Below are positions 18,340 through 27,764 of a stretch of 64,000 bases of DNA, piece by piece. This DNA is from a candidate division FCPU426 bacterium (GTDB lineage: Bacteria; Oederibacteriota; Muellerivitia; Muellerivitales; Muellerivitaceae): the NCBI GenBank assembly GCA_963719085.1, contig CAVRAL010000004.1, positions 576,001-640,000 on the forward strand. The letters run 5' to 3'. Every line of letters starts with the position of its first letter. Positions within the stretch are counted from its first letter, which is position 1. Under the pieces are notes generated by a model. It did no database searches and was not told the origin of the DNA. It saw only the letters and a program-made list of their open reading frames with translations. A program made the translations under genes and the position numbers.

Positions 18340-18909
18340 ATGATCACCCCCACCCATGCCGTTTATAACTTGGGCCTCCTGGGCCGCCAGGCTCATCCGG
18401 AAAGGACTTGGCCCATCCTTTTGGGAGCGTTTTTTCCCGACCTGCCCGGAACCTTTTGCATGCTTTACTGCCATTTCTTCCAAGGCGCCAGCTTTCAATC
18501 CATCCACGACGTGATTTATCCCTCCCCCTTTTGGCAGTCCTGGGCCGATTGGTTTCATTCCATTCCCCTGGCGGTTTTAGGCCTTCTGGTTTTCGCCCTT
18601 TTAAAATGGTTTCCCGGATTTTGGTTTTCCTTAAGCGCGGCGCTCCATTCACTGGAAGATATTCCGGTGCATTCGAGCAATCCCCACCAGCATTTTCTGC
18701 CTTTCAGCCATTGGCAGTTTTATAGTCCGGTTTCCTGCTATGACCCGAGGTTTCATCTGGCCTTGATCGCCCCGCTGGATTTCGCCTTGGCGCTCCTTTG
18801 CGCTTATTTCATTTGGCGCAGGGGGCTCTCAACCACCGGCAAGGCCGCCTTGGGCTTCGCGCTGGCGCTGGAAGCCGGCCATTCGGTTTTGGCGGTCTTG
18901 AAAGGTTAA
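18340..18909 (+). CDS. Putative membrane-bound metal-dependent hydrolase
   Basis: TPTH, GA..PD, HS, H...D.PVH and H..F.PFS.W motifs with TM helices. Confidence 0.7.
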   Translation: MITPTHAVYNLGLLGRQAHPERTWPILLGAFFPDLPGTFCMLYCHFFQGASFQSIHDVIYPSPFWQSWADWFHSIPLAVLGLLVFALLKWFPGFWFSLSAALHSLEDIPVHSSNPHQHFLPFSHWQFYSPVSCYDPRFHLALIAPLDFALALLCAYFIWRRGLSTTGKAALGFALALEAGHSVLAVLKG

Positions 18910-19171
18910 AAAAGACCGGCGAATAGGCCGACCTTCTTGAAAGAACCAAGGCTTTCAAAAATTCCGCCCCGAACCCGGTGATTGGGGTTAAACGACCGCC
19001 GGCGTAAAACGAAATCCATCGGCAAAATAAAGCGTTCATACCGATTTTATCCGGCTTGCTCCGTCTTTTTTTGCCGTTCGTTTTCCTTAAATATTTAAAA
19101 GAACCGTCGCAAATAAAAGCCCGCCGGACCTAAATTAAAATTAAGAAAAAAATCAAGAAAAGGAGAAAGCC

Positions 19172-19438
19172 ATGAGCCAGTCTCCAGCGCTTCACAATTT
19201 GATCTGGTTTCTCATCACAGGGGGCTTAATCGGTTGGGTCGCGAGCCTGTTGGTTCAGGGAGGCGGCATGGGTATTTTGGCCGACATCGCCGTGGGAATC
19301 GTGGGTTCCCTGTTCGGCGGTTGGCTGGCGGGTGTTTTAGGGATTGGTGTTTACGGATTTTGGGGCGCCTTTGGCATGTCGGTCGTGGGCGCGATCGTGT
19401 TGTTATTTATTTTGGGGATGATCCGGCGCGCGGCTTAA
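19172..19438 (+). CDS. GlsB/YeaQ/YmgE (transglycosylase-associated) membrane protein
   Basis: G.LIGW.AS.L..G.GMG...DI.VGIVGS..GG.L; AAGGAG RBS. Confidence 0.9.
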   Translation: MSQSPALHNLIWFLITGGLIGWVASLLVQGGGMGILADIAVGIVGSLFGGWLAGVLGIGVYGFWGAFGMSVVGAIVLLFILGMIRRAA

Positions 19439-19488
19439 CGCGCGCAGAAGGTAAAACTAACAACAACCGCTCGAACAAGGAGAAAACC

Positions 19489-19971
19489 ATGAGGAAATTT
19501 TTAAAACGAACCATGCTGGCGCTTCTCATGCTGGGATTTTCACCACTCGCGAATGCCGATGAGATTTTAACCGGGGCTTCCGGGCCTCTGGGGGTTGGAT
19601 TAGTCGTGGGACAACCCGGAAATTGGGGCGTTATCGGCAACCTATGGATTGACTCGATCAATTCATTCCAGCCGGCCATCAAGTTTGACGGCGGAAACCA
19701 GGCGATCCTGCAGTTGGATTACCTTTGGCACCGTTACAATATTGTCAGGCCCCAAGCGGGCGCGCTACCCTTTTATATCGGCATCGGGGGCGACCTGACC
19801 TTGGAAAACCAGGCGGCGGTGGGGGTCCGGCTCCCGCTGGGACTTTCTTACCAGTTTCCGCCTTCCACGCCTTTGGACCTGTTTGTCCAAATCGTGCCGA
19901 CGCTTTGGTTGAGCACGGGCAATAGCGCGTTGGATCTGTTCGCGGAAGCGGGCGCGCGGTTTTACCCTTAA
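19489..19971 (+). CDS. Small outer-membrane beta-barrel protein (DUF3996-like)
   Basis: AAGGAG RBS, signal peptide, LGVGLVVGQP, FYIGIG, GVRLPLGL, DLF.QIVP; ends GARFYP. Confidence 0.7.
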   Translation: MRKFLKRTMLALLMLGFSPLANADEILTGASGPLGVGLVVGQPGNWGVIGNLWIDSINSFQPAIKFDGGNQAILQLDYLWHRYNIVRPQAGALPFYIGIGGDLTLENQAAVGVRLPLGLSYQFPPSTPLDLFVQIVPTLWLSTGNSALDLFAEAGARFYP

Positions 19972-19984
19972 GCCTAAAAGGCTA

Positions 19985-20020
19985 AAACCCTTTTCCCCGC
20001 CGCGGGAAAAGGGTTTTTTT
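19985..20020. terminator. Bidirectional terminator between convergent genes
   Basis: AAAACCCTTTTCCC-CGCCGC-GGGAAAAGGGTTTTTTT. Confidence 0.8.
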
Positions 20021-21008
20021 ATTTCGTCTGAATCGAAGCGCTGACGCCCGGGATCTTGGGAAAATAACCGTTCTGAACATCCTGCAAAGCCGTGGGGTCG
20101 GCTTTCAAATAAGCGTCCCAAAAGGTAAGCGTGGCCTTCTGGATATACTGGTTCATCAAGGGGTTTTTGATCTTCCCGTCCAGCCCGACCCCCGCGAAGC
20201 TCATATGATTGGCCCCCTGGATCACGATTTCGTTCTTGTTTCCCCCGGACGGCATGCCGTCATAAGATTTCAGCCGCCAGTCCGCGGGCTGGCCCGACAA
20301 ACCCTTGTCCTTTGTGCCGCTCATAACCAAAAAAGGCCTTTGAATTCCCGTCCAAGCGTTGCCCTCAAACACGCCGGTCCCGTCCCCCTGGGGGGAAAGG
20401 GCGATGAAGGCCTGCGGCCGGGGATCGTTGAAGATCTGGGGTTTTTCTCCCGGCAAAGACACGACGGCGCCCGCCACCGCCAGGGTGGTATAGGCCCCGA
20501 AAGAATGGCCCGCCACACCCACGCGCTTCACGTCAAACAAGCCGCTGAGGTTCGGGTCCATGGCCTCAATATCCGAAAGATGGTCGAGGATAAAAGAAAT
20601 GTCCGCGGGCCGATTGATGAAGTTCGACTTGTTTTTCATCATTTTTTTAACCGCGCGCAAATTGTAGAGGAGCCTGTGTTTTTTGAGCAGGGAGGCGTCG
20701 CTGCCCAAATGGGTGGGATGGATCACCACGTAACCATGGGACGCCCAGTAGCTCCCCAAATAGCCGTAGCCGTCTTTGGAGCCGCCCGCCCCATGGGAAA
20801 AAATAATAATGGGAAAGGGCCAATGGCCTTGTCCTACCGGATAATAAACCGTGAGGGGGATGGCGCGGTTCCGGGCCGTATCCCGCAAGGCCAAACCGGG
20901 AAGCACGCCAAAGCGGTCGCTAGTGGCGATCACCACGTCCTGCGCCCGCGCCATAAGCGGGACCGAAAAATAAAGGCCTAGGATCGAAAGTAAAAAAAAT
21001 CGCCTCAT
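20019..21008 (-). CDS. Secreted alpha/beta hydrolase (dienelactone hydrolase / PAF-AH-like)
   Basis: Signal peptide; FSHGAGGS, GHSFG nucleophile elbow, GTKD, GANHMSF. Confidence 0.85.
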   Translation of the reverse strand: MRRFFLLSILGLYFSVPLMARAQDVVIATSDRFGVLPGLALRDTARNRAIPLTVYYPVGQGHWPFPIIIFSHGAGGSKDGYGYLGSYWASHGYVVIHPTHLGSDASLLKKHRLLYNLRAVKKMMKNKSNFINRPADISFILDHLSDIEAMDPNLSGLFDVKRVGVAGHSFGAYTTLAVAGAVVSLPGEKPQIFNDPRPQAFIALSPQGDGTGVFEGNAWTGIQRPFLVMSGTKDKGLSGQPADWRLKSYDGMPSGGNKNEIVIQGANHMSFAGVGLDGKIKNPLMNQYIQKATLTFWDAYLKADPTALQDVQNGYFPKIPGVSASIQTK

Positions 21009-21886
21009 TTTTTCTTCAAGAGCCCCGCGGCGGCCTCATCCACCATAAAAATCAGCCGGCCCGTGGGCCGAAGATATTGAATCGGGAACCGGGGCGGCTC
21101 CGAGGGCCCGTCCAGGACCTTTTGAAGCATGGGCGCCTTTTTGGGGCCCTCCGCCAAAACCACCAAACGGCGCGCGGCGTTCAACACCGGAAAGGTCAGG
21201 GAAACCCGTTCTTTCTTGACCGGGTCCACGAAATAACCCACCACCCATTTTTCCCGCTCATTCAACTGGGCCGTGCCCGGGAAAAGACTGGCCGTATGGC
21301 CGTCGTCGCCCATCCCCATCAAAGCGTAGTCAAAAACCGGGAGCTGGCCGGCGCCGAAAAATTTCCGGAGGCGGTTTTCCAACCAATTCGCGGCGTCCTG
21401 CACCGGCCGATTGGGATCGGTCCCCGGCGTGATGTTCTCCGGCGGCACCGGCACCTTGGACAATAAAAATTCCTGGGTCATGCGGTAATTGCTGGTCTCG
21501 TCCGTAAAGGGAACATGGCGCTCGTCCACCCAAAAGATAAAGGTCTTGGACCAGGGCATGAGCGAAAGATAAGGCTCCTCGGCCAATTGCTGGAACAATC
21601 CCTTGGGCGTGGAGCCGCCGGACAAGGCCACGGCGAAACGGTCCCGGGCCGTGACGGCTTCCAACGCCGTTTCCAAAAAGAAATGGGCGGCCTCGTCAAA
21701 TAAACTTTGGGCGTTGGCGTAAATTTTAATCTCCGGGGAAAATCCCAGCCGGCTCGCCTGGCTTTTCTTCCCTGGTTTGGCTGGTTTTTTTTCGACCGGT
21801 TTTATTTTTTTCTTCGCGGTGGGTTTGGAGGATTTTTTCGCTGGGGTTTTGGCCTTCGTGGTTTTTTTCGCCGGCTTCTTCTTCAT
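21005..21886 (-). CDS. pgl: 6-phosphogluconolactonase with Lys-rich N-terminal tail
   Basis: ALSGGSTP, FWVDERHVP, SNY, GMGDDGHTASLFP, RVSLT; GGAGG RBS before ATG 21886. Confidence 0.93.
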   Translation of the reverse strand: MKKKPAKKTTKAKTPAKKSSKPTAKKKIKPVEKKPAKPGKKSQASRLGFSPEIKIYANAQSLFDEAAHFFLETALEAVTARDRFAVALSGGSTPKGLFQQLAEEPYLSLMPWSKTFIFWVDERHVPFTDETSNYRMTQEFLLSKVPVPPENITPGTDPNRPVQDAANWLENRLRKFFGAGQLPVFDYALMGMGDDGHTASLFPGTAQLNEREKWVVGYFVDPVKKERVSLTFPVLNAARRLVVLAEGPKKAPMLQKVLDGPSEPPRFPIQYLRPTGRLIFMVDEAAAGLLKKK

Positions 21887-21930
21887 CTTAATTCCTCCAG
21901 AACGTCGGATTCAGGCACAATTGAACCACG

Positions 21931-21965
21931 AAACAAGCCCCTTGCGAAGGCGCAAAAGGGCTTTT
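21931..21965 (-). terminator. Terminator-like hairpin between opcA and pgl
   Basis: Minus strand reads AAGCCCTTTTGCG-CCTT-CGCAAGGGGCTTGTTT. Confidence 0.5.
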
Positions 21966-22004
21966 GTCTAGGACGATTTAACGGGGAAAAAGGTTGCGGC
22001 TTGT

Positions 22005-23114
22005 TTATAAAACGGGTTTTTCCAGGACCTGGCCGGCCAGTTCCAGCACCTTATCCCAGGCCTTATCGCCTTCCAGGTTTTTGAGGCCCTCGCCCAGCAC
22101 TTGGTTGGAATGAAGATGGTTAAAAGTCACCACGCGGGAAACCGATTCGCCGTTCTCCACTTCCGCCCGGGTGGTGACCACATTGGGGTCCGCGTCCCGC
22201 ACCACGGAAAAGAAACCGGGATGCTCGCCCCGGGTCATGATGCCGATGGCGAAAATACGGTCCCGCTTGGCGTCCTGCACCGGCACGGCCTTGAGAAGCA
22301 CTTCCACCGCCCCCGTGGGGCCGTCAAAGTTCAGTGTTTCAGGAACGGTCGCCACGGGCGATCCCTTGTATTTCCAGCCCAATTGATGCGCCATCCAAAG
22401 CGCCAGGAAGAAGCCCCTTAAAGGATGCGAGCCTTCCCCGTATTCAATCGTGACCTGGCGGATTTGGGGCAGGTATTTGGACCAGGCGCCGTCAAATAAC
22501 TCCGCGATCAGCGCGCGCCAGCGCTGCACCCTTATCCAATTCATGTCGGCCAACAGGGTCTTGGGAAAACGCTGGTTCCAGATAAAGGCCAGCCGCGCCA
22601 CCGAAAGCTCGGGATTTTTAAACCGCGCCGAGTCCACCCAAACCCGGTTGGACGCCTCGGCCATCTTGGCGAAAAATTTGTTTTTCAAGGGAAGGTCGCC
22701 CGGCCACCAAAGCTCCACCGGCAGGTCCGGCACCAAAAGCGAGAAGGTGAAGCCATACAGGTTTTCGATGTAGTCCTTTTGGGCCACGATTTTAATGGTG
22801 TCGCAGCAAACCCGGTGCTCGCGCTGTTCGGTCCAAAAGGGGCAATGGCCCGAGACGTAATAACGCACCGGAGCCTCGCCTAAATCCAGCGCCGGACGGA
22901 TCAGGATATAACGCCCGGGATGAAACTGGGTCAGGTCCATCAAAGCCCGCTCCACCCGGTAACCCGTCTCGTGATCCTCGGCGTAAGCCACCAGGTTGGT
23001 GGTATAAACCCGCTGCAGACCCGGCTCGCCTTCCTTGGCGGGCTCCACTTCCTTCCAAAGCTCCGTCAGGTCGTGCTCAATATCCTGGGCCGAAAGGCTC
23101 ATAACCGTCTCCAT
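22005..23114 (-). CDS. opcA: Glucose-6-phosphate dehydrogenase assembly protein OpcA
   Basis: IE..L..LW, NLV, HPGR.I, LLVPDLPV.LWWPG, VDS and D.NW.R..RWR motifs; overlaps the 3' end of zwf. Confidence 0.88.
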   Translation of the reverse strand: METVMSLSAQDIEHDLTELWKEVEPAKEGEPGLQRVYTTNLVAYAEDHETGYRVERALMDLTQFHPGRYILIRPALDLGEAPVRYYVSGHCPFWTEQREHRVCCDTIKIVAQKDYIENLYGFTFSLLVPDLPVELWWPGDLPLKNKFFAKMAEASNRVWVDSARFKNPELSVARLAFIWNQRFPKTLLADMNWIRVQRWRALIAELFDGAWSKYLPQIRQVTIEYGEGSHPLRGFFLALWMAHQLGWKYKGSPVATVPETLNFDGPTGAVEVLLKAVPVQDAKRDRIFAIGIMTRGEHPGFFSVVRDADPNVVTTRAEVENGESVSRVVTFNHLHSNQVLGEGLKNLEGDKAWDKVLELAGQVLEKPVL

Positions 23115-24634
23115 TTACGCCAGGGTTTCTCTAAAAGCTTATCCGCCTCCGGCGGGCCCCAGGTCCCCGCCTCATAGTTCGGGAAGGATTGCTCGGGTTG
23201 GGTGGTTTCCCAATGGGTCAGCACCGGCATCAGGGCCTGCCAAGCCGCTTCCGCCTCGTCCCCGCGGATAAAAAGCGTGGCGTCCCCCAGCATGCAATCC
23301 AGCAGCAGCCGCTCGTAGGCTTCCGGCGCGTCCTCGGCGAAGCTGGTGCCGTAGCGGAAGTCCATGTTGACCGTGCGCGCTTCCGTGGTCATCCCCGGCA
23401 CCTTGGTCTCAAAGCGCAGCGTCATGCCCTCGTCGGGCTGGATGCGGATGACCAAAAGATTGGGCGAGAGCCCGCTCACGTTTTTCTTAAAGAGCAGGTT
23501 GGGGGGTTCTTTAAATTGAATGGCCACTTCGGTGGACCGCTTGGGCAGGCGTTTGGCCGAGCGCAGAAAAAAAGGCACCCCGTGCCAGCGCCAGGTATCC
23601 AGGAACACCTTCAAGGCCGCGTAGGTGGGCGTGATGGACTGGGGATTCACTTCTTGTTCTTCCCGGTAGCCCGGCACTTTTTGGCCCGCCAAATAACCCG
23701 GGCCATACTGGCCCCTCACGGCGAACTGGGAAATGGTCTCGGGTTTGAAAGAACGGATGGACTGGAGGATTTTTAATTTTTCGTCCCGGATCGCGTTGGC
23801 CTCAAAGGCCACCGGCGGCTCCATGGCCACCATGCACATGACCTGAAAAAGATGGTTTTGAAACATGTCGCGCAAAACGCCCGAGCTTTCGTAATAGCCC
23901 GCCCGGCTTCCCACGCCCAATTCCTCGGCGGCGGTGATTTGCACATGATCCACGTTCTCCCGGTTCCAAATCGGCTCGAAGATGGAATTGGCGAAACGCA
24001 TGACCAAAAGATTTTGGACCGTTTCCTTGCCCAGGTAATGGTCAATGCGGTAAATCTGGTGCTCTTTAAAAACTTCCTGGACCTTTTGGTTGAGCTCTTT
24101 GGCCGAATCCAGGTCGTGGCCGAAGGGCTTCTCAATCACGATGCGGGAGTAGCCTTTTTCCTCTTTGGACAGCCCGGCGTTGCCGAGGTTGGAAATGATG
24201 CTTTCAAACACGTTCGGCGGGGTGGACAGATAAAAAACCCGGTTGCCTGAGGTGCCGTTGGCCTTATCCATGTCGCTGAGCATGGTGGAAAGGGCTTGGT
24301 AGGCCTTGGGATCGTCATAGCCCCCGGCCAGATAATGAAAGTTTTGCGAGAAACTTTCCCAAAGCGCGTCCGTCAATTCGGGTTCGGCTTTTTTCAGCAT
24401 TTCTTTAAGTTTTTGTTTGAAGGCGTCGTCTGAGATTTTGGAACGGGAAATTCCGATCAAGCTGAAAGAGGCGGGCAGCAAGTGCTTCTTATAAAGGTTG
24501 TAAAGGGCCGGAACCAATTTACGCGCGGTCAGATCGCCCGAGGCGCCATAAATGACCAAACTGCAGGGAACGGGAACCCGGTCCGCGGAAAGTCCAACCC
24601 GAAGGGGATTCGTAATAACGCCGGCTGTGGCCAT
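23099..24634 (-). CDS. zwf: Glucose-6-phosphate 1-dehydrogenase
   Basis: GASGDL, EKPFG, RIDHYLGKE, RDMFQNH and RIQPDEG motifs. Confidence 0.97.
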   Translation of the reverse strand: MATAGVITNPLRVGLSADRVPVPCSLVIYGASGDLTARKLVPALYNLYKKHLLPASFSLIGISRSKISDDAFKQKLKEMLKKAEPELTDALWESFSQNFHYLAGGYDDPKAYQALSTMLSDMDKANGTSGNRVFYLSTPPNVFESIISNLGNAGLSKEEKGYSRIVIEKPFGHDLDSAKELNQKVQEVFKEHQIYRIDHYLGKETVQNLLVMRFANSIFEPIWNRENVDHVQITAAEELGVGSRAGYYESSGVLRDMFQNHLFQVMCMVAMEPPVAFEANAIRDEKLKILQSIRSFKPETISQFAVRGQYGPGYLAGQKVPGYREEQEVNPQSITPTYAALKVFLDTWRWHGVPFFLRSAKRLPKRSTEVAIQFKEPPNLLFKKNVSGLSPNLLVIRIQPDEGMTLRFETKVPGMTTEARTVNMDFRYGTSFAEDAPEAYERLLLDCMLGDATLFIRGDEAEAAWQALMPVLTHWETTQPEQSFPNYEAGTWGPPEADKLLEKPWRKWRRL

Positions 24635-24688
24635 GAGAAACCTCGTTTTGAGATGAAGAGCGAATCTAGGGGGCTATTTCAACAAAGG

Positions 24689-24753
24689 CCCAAATTTCAT
24701 TCAACCCTATTATCAAGGATATTTTGGATAGACACCCAAACTTCATTCAACCC
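24689..24753. repeat. 19-bp direct repeat upstream of zwf
   Basis: CCCAAATTTCATTCAACCC (24689-24707) and CCCAAACTTCATTCAACCC (24735-24753). Confidence 0.7.
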
Positions 24754-24855
24754 GAATGATGAACAAAGCCCTTTTCCTTCAAATGTTTTTTTAATCTTGC
24801 ATAATGTTCGCGACGATTTAAAAATCCTCCGGGTTTAACCCGAAACACAAAAGGT

Positions 24856-25908
24856 TTACTTTCCGGTTGGGCCATCCTCGCCCACTTGTATCAGCGCCAC
24901 TTGAGCCCGGGCTTTTTCAAGAAACCTCTCGGGCAAAGATACCCCATCCGCCTGCTGTTCAACGGTTTGACCGTCCGAAAGCCACCAGCCTAAAAAACGG
25001 GCCAGAGCCTGGTTCTTTTTAAAGTCATGGTTTCCCTTAGGAAGCCGGGAGCGGGCCAAAACCCACTCAAAGGAAGTCAGGGGATAGGCCTGAGGATCCC
25101 GGGGCCTGGTCACCGCCACCTTTAAATCCGGCGGCAGGTCCGAAAGATCGGCCACCGCGGCGGTCAAACTTTCCGGCGTCGGCGGGACAAAAAAGCCCAT
25201 CTCATTTTTGAGTTGAACTGAAGGCAATTCGTTCGCGGCGGCGAAGACAAAATCGGCCTCGCCGATTGACCCCGCGGTTTTTCGCAATTCGCGCAGCAAC
25301 TCCTCATTGCCGTGGACGCTCCGGCCCACGGGCCATTTTATTTTTTGATCGGGTCCCGGATCGGCGAAAGCCCAGCCGTCATCCAGTTTTTTGAGATAGT
25401 CGGGAAAAAGGTCAAAGAGGCTGCTTTCATCCTCCCGCCGCAAAACGGTGATTCCTAAATCCGGCAGGGGAAGGCCCGGGTTGAGTTCCCGAAGGTTCGA
25501 GTTGTTCCACCGTTGGATCTTGCCGGAAAAAATATCAAGCAGGGCCTGGGGAGTTAATCGAAGCCCCGCCGGAACGCCGGGCAGGTTGTAAGTCACCACG
25601 GCGGCGTTCAGCGCGACGGGAATATAAAGAAGATTGCCCCCGGTTCTTTTCTCATCCGAGGGGATCAGGGGGAAATTCACCACCAAAAAATCGGAACCCT
25701 TGCCCAACCATTGATTGATTCCATGCCGGCTTTCCTGGGGGTGATATTGCACCACCGCGCCGGGCGACAGGGTCGCGTAAGCTTTTTCGCAGGCCTTCAT
25801 CAGGTCGCCCGCCGAGAGGGTTCCCGTTCCATTCAGATCAAGGCCGAAGGCCGGACCCGCGGCCAGCGCCGCGCTTAACAGAACCCCTCGAATTCCCATG
25901 GCTTTCAT
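24856..25908 (-). CDS. PstS-like substrate-binding protein (divergent)
   Basis: Signal peptide; AVV.YNLPG...LRL....L.DIF.GKI.RWN...I..LNP...LP, AYP.TSF.W; the phosphate-site motifs are altered. Confidence 0.75.
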   Translation of the reverse strand: MKAMGIRGVLLSAALAAGPAFGLDLNGTGTLSAGDLMKACEKAYATLSPGAVVQYHPQESRHGINQWLGKGSDFLVVNFPLIPSDEKRTGGNLLYIPVALNAAVVTYNLPGVPAGLRLTPQALLDIFSGKIQRWNNSNLRELNPGLPLPDLGITVLRREDESSLFDLFPDYLKKLDDGWAFADPGPDQKIKWPVGRSVHGNEELLRELRKTAGSIGEADFVFAAANELPSVQLKNEMGFFVPPTPESLTAAVADLSDLPPDLKVAVTRPRDPQAYPLTSFEWVLARSRLPKGNHDFKKNQALARFLGWWLSDGQTVEQQADGVSLPERFLEKARAQVALIQVGEDGPTGK

Positions 25909-26083
25909 CCCGACTCCCTTTTTTAAAGACAGAACCCGGGGGATTTTAGCATTCCGGCCCCGTCTCTTATTACAAACTTTTGTAGAAAACAGGGCCCAGA
26001 GACCTCATGGGCCTTTCCTTGTTTTTGACCGGCCCGAACCTTATGATGAACAAACCTTCTTAATTCACAACGGCGAGGAACCC

Positions 26084-26833
26084 GTGAAAAGCTTCGATTA
26101 CGCCCAATTGAACGACCGTTTTGAGAAAACCTCCAGCCAGGACATCGTCCGTTGGGCCGTGGAGGAGTTGTCTCCCCTTTGCATGTCGACCTCCTTCGGG
26201 GCCGAGAGCGCCGTATTGCTTCACTTGGCCACTCAAATCAAACCCGACATTCCGGTTCTTTTCACCAACACGGGCTTTCACTTTAAGGAAACCCTGGAAC
26301 ACCGCGACAAGCTGGTGGAAAGACTCAAGCTGAACCTTCGGGAACTGAAGCCCGAAACGCCGAATGCCGAGTTCCTGGCCAAAAACGGCAAGCTTTATGA
26401 AAGGGACCCGGACGCCTGCTGCGCCGTGAACAAGATCGCGCCCTTCGAGAAGGGCCTTAAAGATTACGAAGGCTGGATCACCGGCATCCGCCGGGTCCAG
26501 GCCCAAACCCGCCAGGCCGCCCAGTTCGTGGAGCCCTACCGGGGCCGGATGACCAAGGTGAATCCCCTTTTGCTCTGGAACGGAAAAATGTTCTGGGATT
26601 ACGCCAAGCAATATGACCTGCCCTATCATCCGCTTTGGGAAAAGGGGTATCTTTCCATCGGCTGTTCGCCTGAAAACTGCACCCGGCCGGTCACCGCGGG
26701 CGAGGACGCCCGCGCGGGCCGTTGGTCCGGCCAAAATAAGGTGGAGTGCGGCATCCACACCTTTCTCAAGAATGAGGCCTCGACGCTCGTTGAAAATTCT
26801 CCCCAGGCCCCGGGGTCCCATGCCTCAAAATAA
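26084..26833 (+). CDS. cysH: APS/PAPS reductase (4Fe-4S type)
   Basis: TSFG.ES.VLLH, NTGFHF.ET, CC..NK, WITGIRR, GYLSIGC, RAGRW, ECGIH; GAGGA RBS before GTG 26084. Confidence 0.92.
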   Translation: MKSFDYAQLNDRFEKTSSQDIVRWAVEELSPLCMSTSFGAESAVLLHLATQIKPDIPVLFTNTGFHFKETLEHRDKLVERLKLNLRELKPETPNAEFLAKNGKLYERDPDACCAVNKIAPFEKGLKDYEGWITGIRRVQAQTRQAAQFVEPYRGRMTKVNPLLLWNGKMFWDYAKQYDLPYHPLWEKGYLSIGCSPENCTRPVTAGEDARAGRWSGQNKVECGIHTFLKNEASTLVENSPQAPGSHASK

Positions 26834-27695
26834 ATTTTGGCTCTTGGCCTGGTTGGGCCTGAACCTTTTCGCCTTGCCGGTTTTTGCCGACGTCTCAGCC
26901 ACTCCAACCCCCGATTCTGAAACCTCGTCCCCTTTGACCGCGGCCTTTCATCCCTTTTGGAACGGTGAGATCAGCGCCGCTTACTTCGCCCAGAATGCCG
27001 GCCAAAAAGGCTCCCTCTTTTCCCTGACCGGCTGGGACAACCTTACCCCTCAAGGAAGTTTTTTCGAGGCAAAAGTTTTTGGCGGAACCCAATTAATTGA
27101 GAAAATCCAAACCGGCTCGGTGGGCCTGGAGATGGGCGGCGGCGTGGGGCTGGGCGACCTGACGCCTTCCCTTTTGGTGAACTTGGAACATGGCGATTCG
27201 GACTATAACGCGATCCGGGTCCTGATCGGATTCGACAAAAAACTTTCTTCCGCGTTTCTTCTCAATATTTTCCTGACCGGGGAAGTGACGAGCCACCAAG
27301 GCCCGCTGGGATCTTATGTGGGCCTTTCCCCCAACGCCCCCGCCGAAATCGACGACTTGGACGCCTGGGGAGGCGCCTCGTTGAAGTGGACTTTGGATCC
27401 GCTCAAACTGACCTTTGGCTTGAAGGCCGAGTCCGATGAAACCGTCAAGATCCAGGACTTAACGCATACCACCTCCAATGAGGTTGATTCCACCGACTGG
27501 ACCGGCACTTGCTGGCTTCAAGCCGGCTTAGCCTTGGACGGGCATTGGAACCTTTCGCTTTTAGGCCAAGGCGGGTTGGACGCCTCGCCCTCCGGCACCT
27601 TTTACAGCAAGCGATTGGCCCAAACCATCACCCAATCCTCCCCCCAAAATGATTTTTTCTCCGGTTTTTCTCTCGGGATGGCTTATCGTTTTTAA
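26820..27695 (+). CDS. Putative outer-membrane beta-barrel protein
   Basis: Signal peptide, alternating amphipathic strands, C-terminal YRF; paralog of the next gene. Confidence 0.7.
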   Translation: MPQNKFWLLAWLGLNLFALPVFADVSATPTPDSETSSPLTAAFHPFWNGEISAAYFAQNAGQKGSLFSLTGWDNLTPQGSFFEAKVFGGTQLIEKIQTGSVGLEMGGGVGLGDLTPSLLVNLEHGDSDYNAIRVLIGFDKKLSSAFLLNIFLTGEVTSHQGPLGSYVGLSPNAPAEIDDLDAWGGASLKWTLDPLKLTFGLKAESDETVKIQDLTHTTSNEVDSTDWTGTCWLQAGLALDGHWNLSLLGQGGLDASPSGTFYSKRLAQTITQSSPQNDFFSGFSLGMAYRF

Positions 27696-27697
27696 GC

Positions 27698-27726
27698 GCA
27701 ACCAGGGCCAAGGATAAAACGTCCAA
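27698..27726 (+). promoter_or_regulatory. ECF sigma-type promoter
   Basis: GCAAC-N17-CGTCCAA upstream of the beta-barrel gene at 27765. Confidence 0.5.
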
Positions 27727-27764
27727 CTTGGGAACGATTCAAAACATTTAAAAGGAACCGACTC

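Noticed and set aside
19100..19140. CGCAAATAAAAGCCGCCGGACCTAAA resembles part of a c-di-GMP-I riboswitch
   Set aside because: There is no upstream GNRA-capped stem and no downstream complementary strand; the following sequence is A-rich.
24689..24753. Direct repeat as a mini-CRISPR
   Set aside because: Only two 19-bp copies, not palindromic, and no cas genes in the window.
25898..26083. N-terminal extension of CysH giving a second head-to-head start overlap with the PstS-like gene
   Set aside because: A GTG at 26084 with a GAGGA RBS fits normal CysH length, so the extension is probably promoter DNA.
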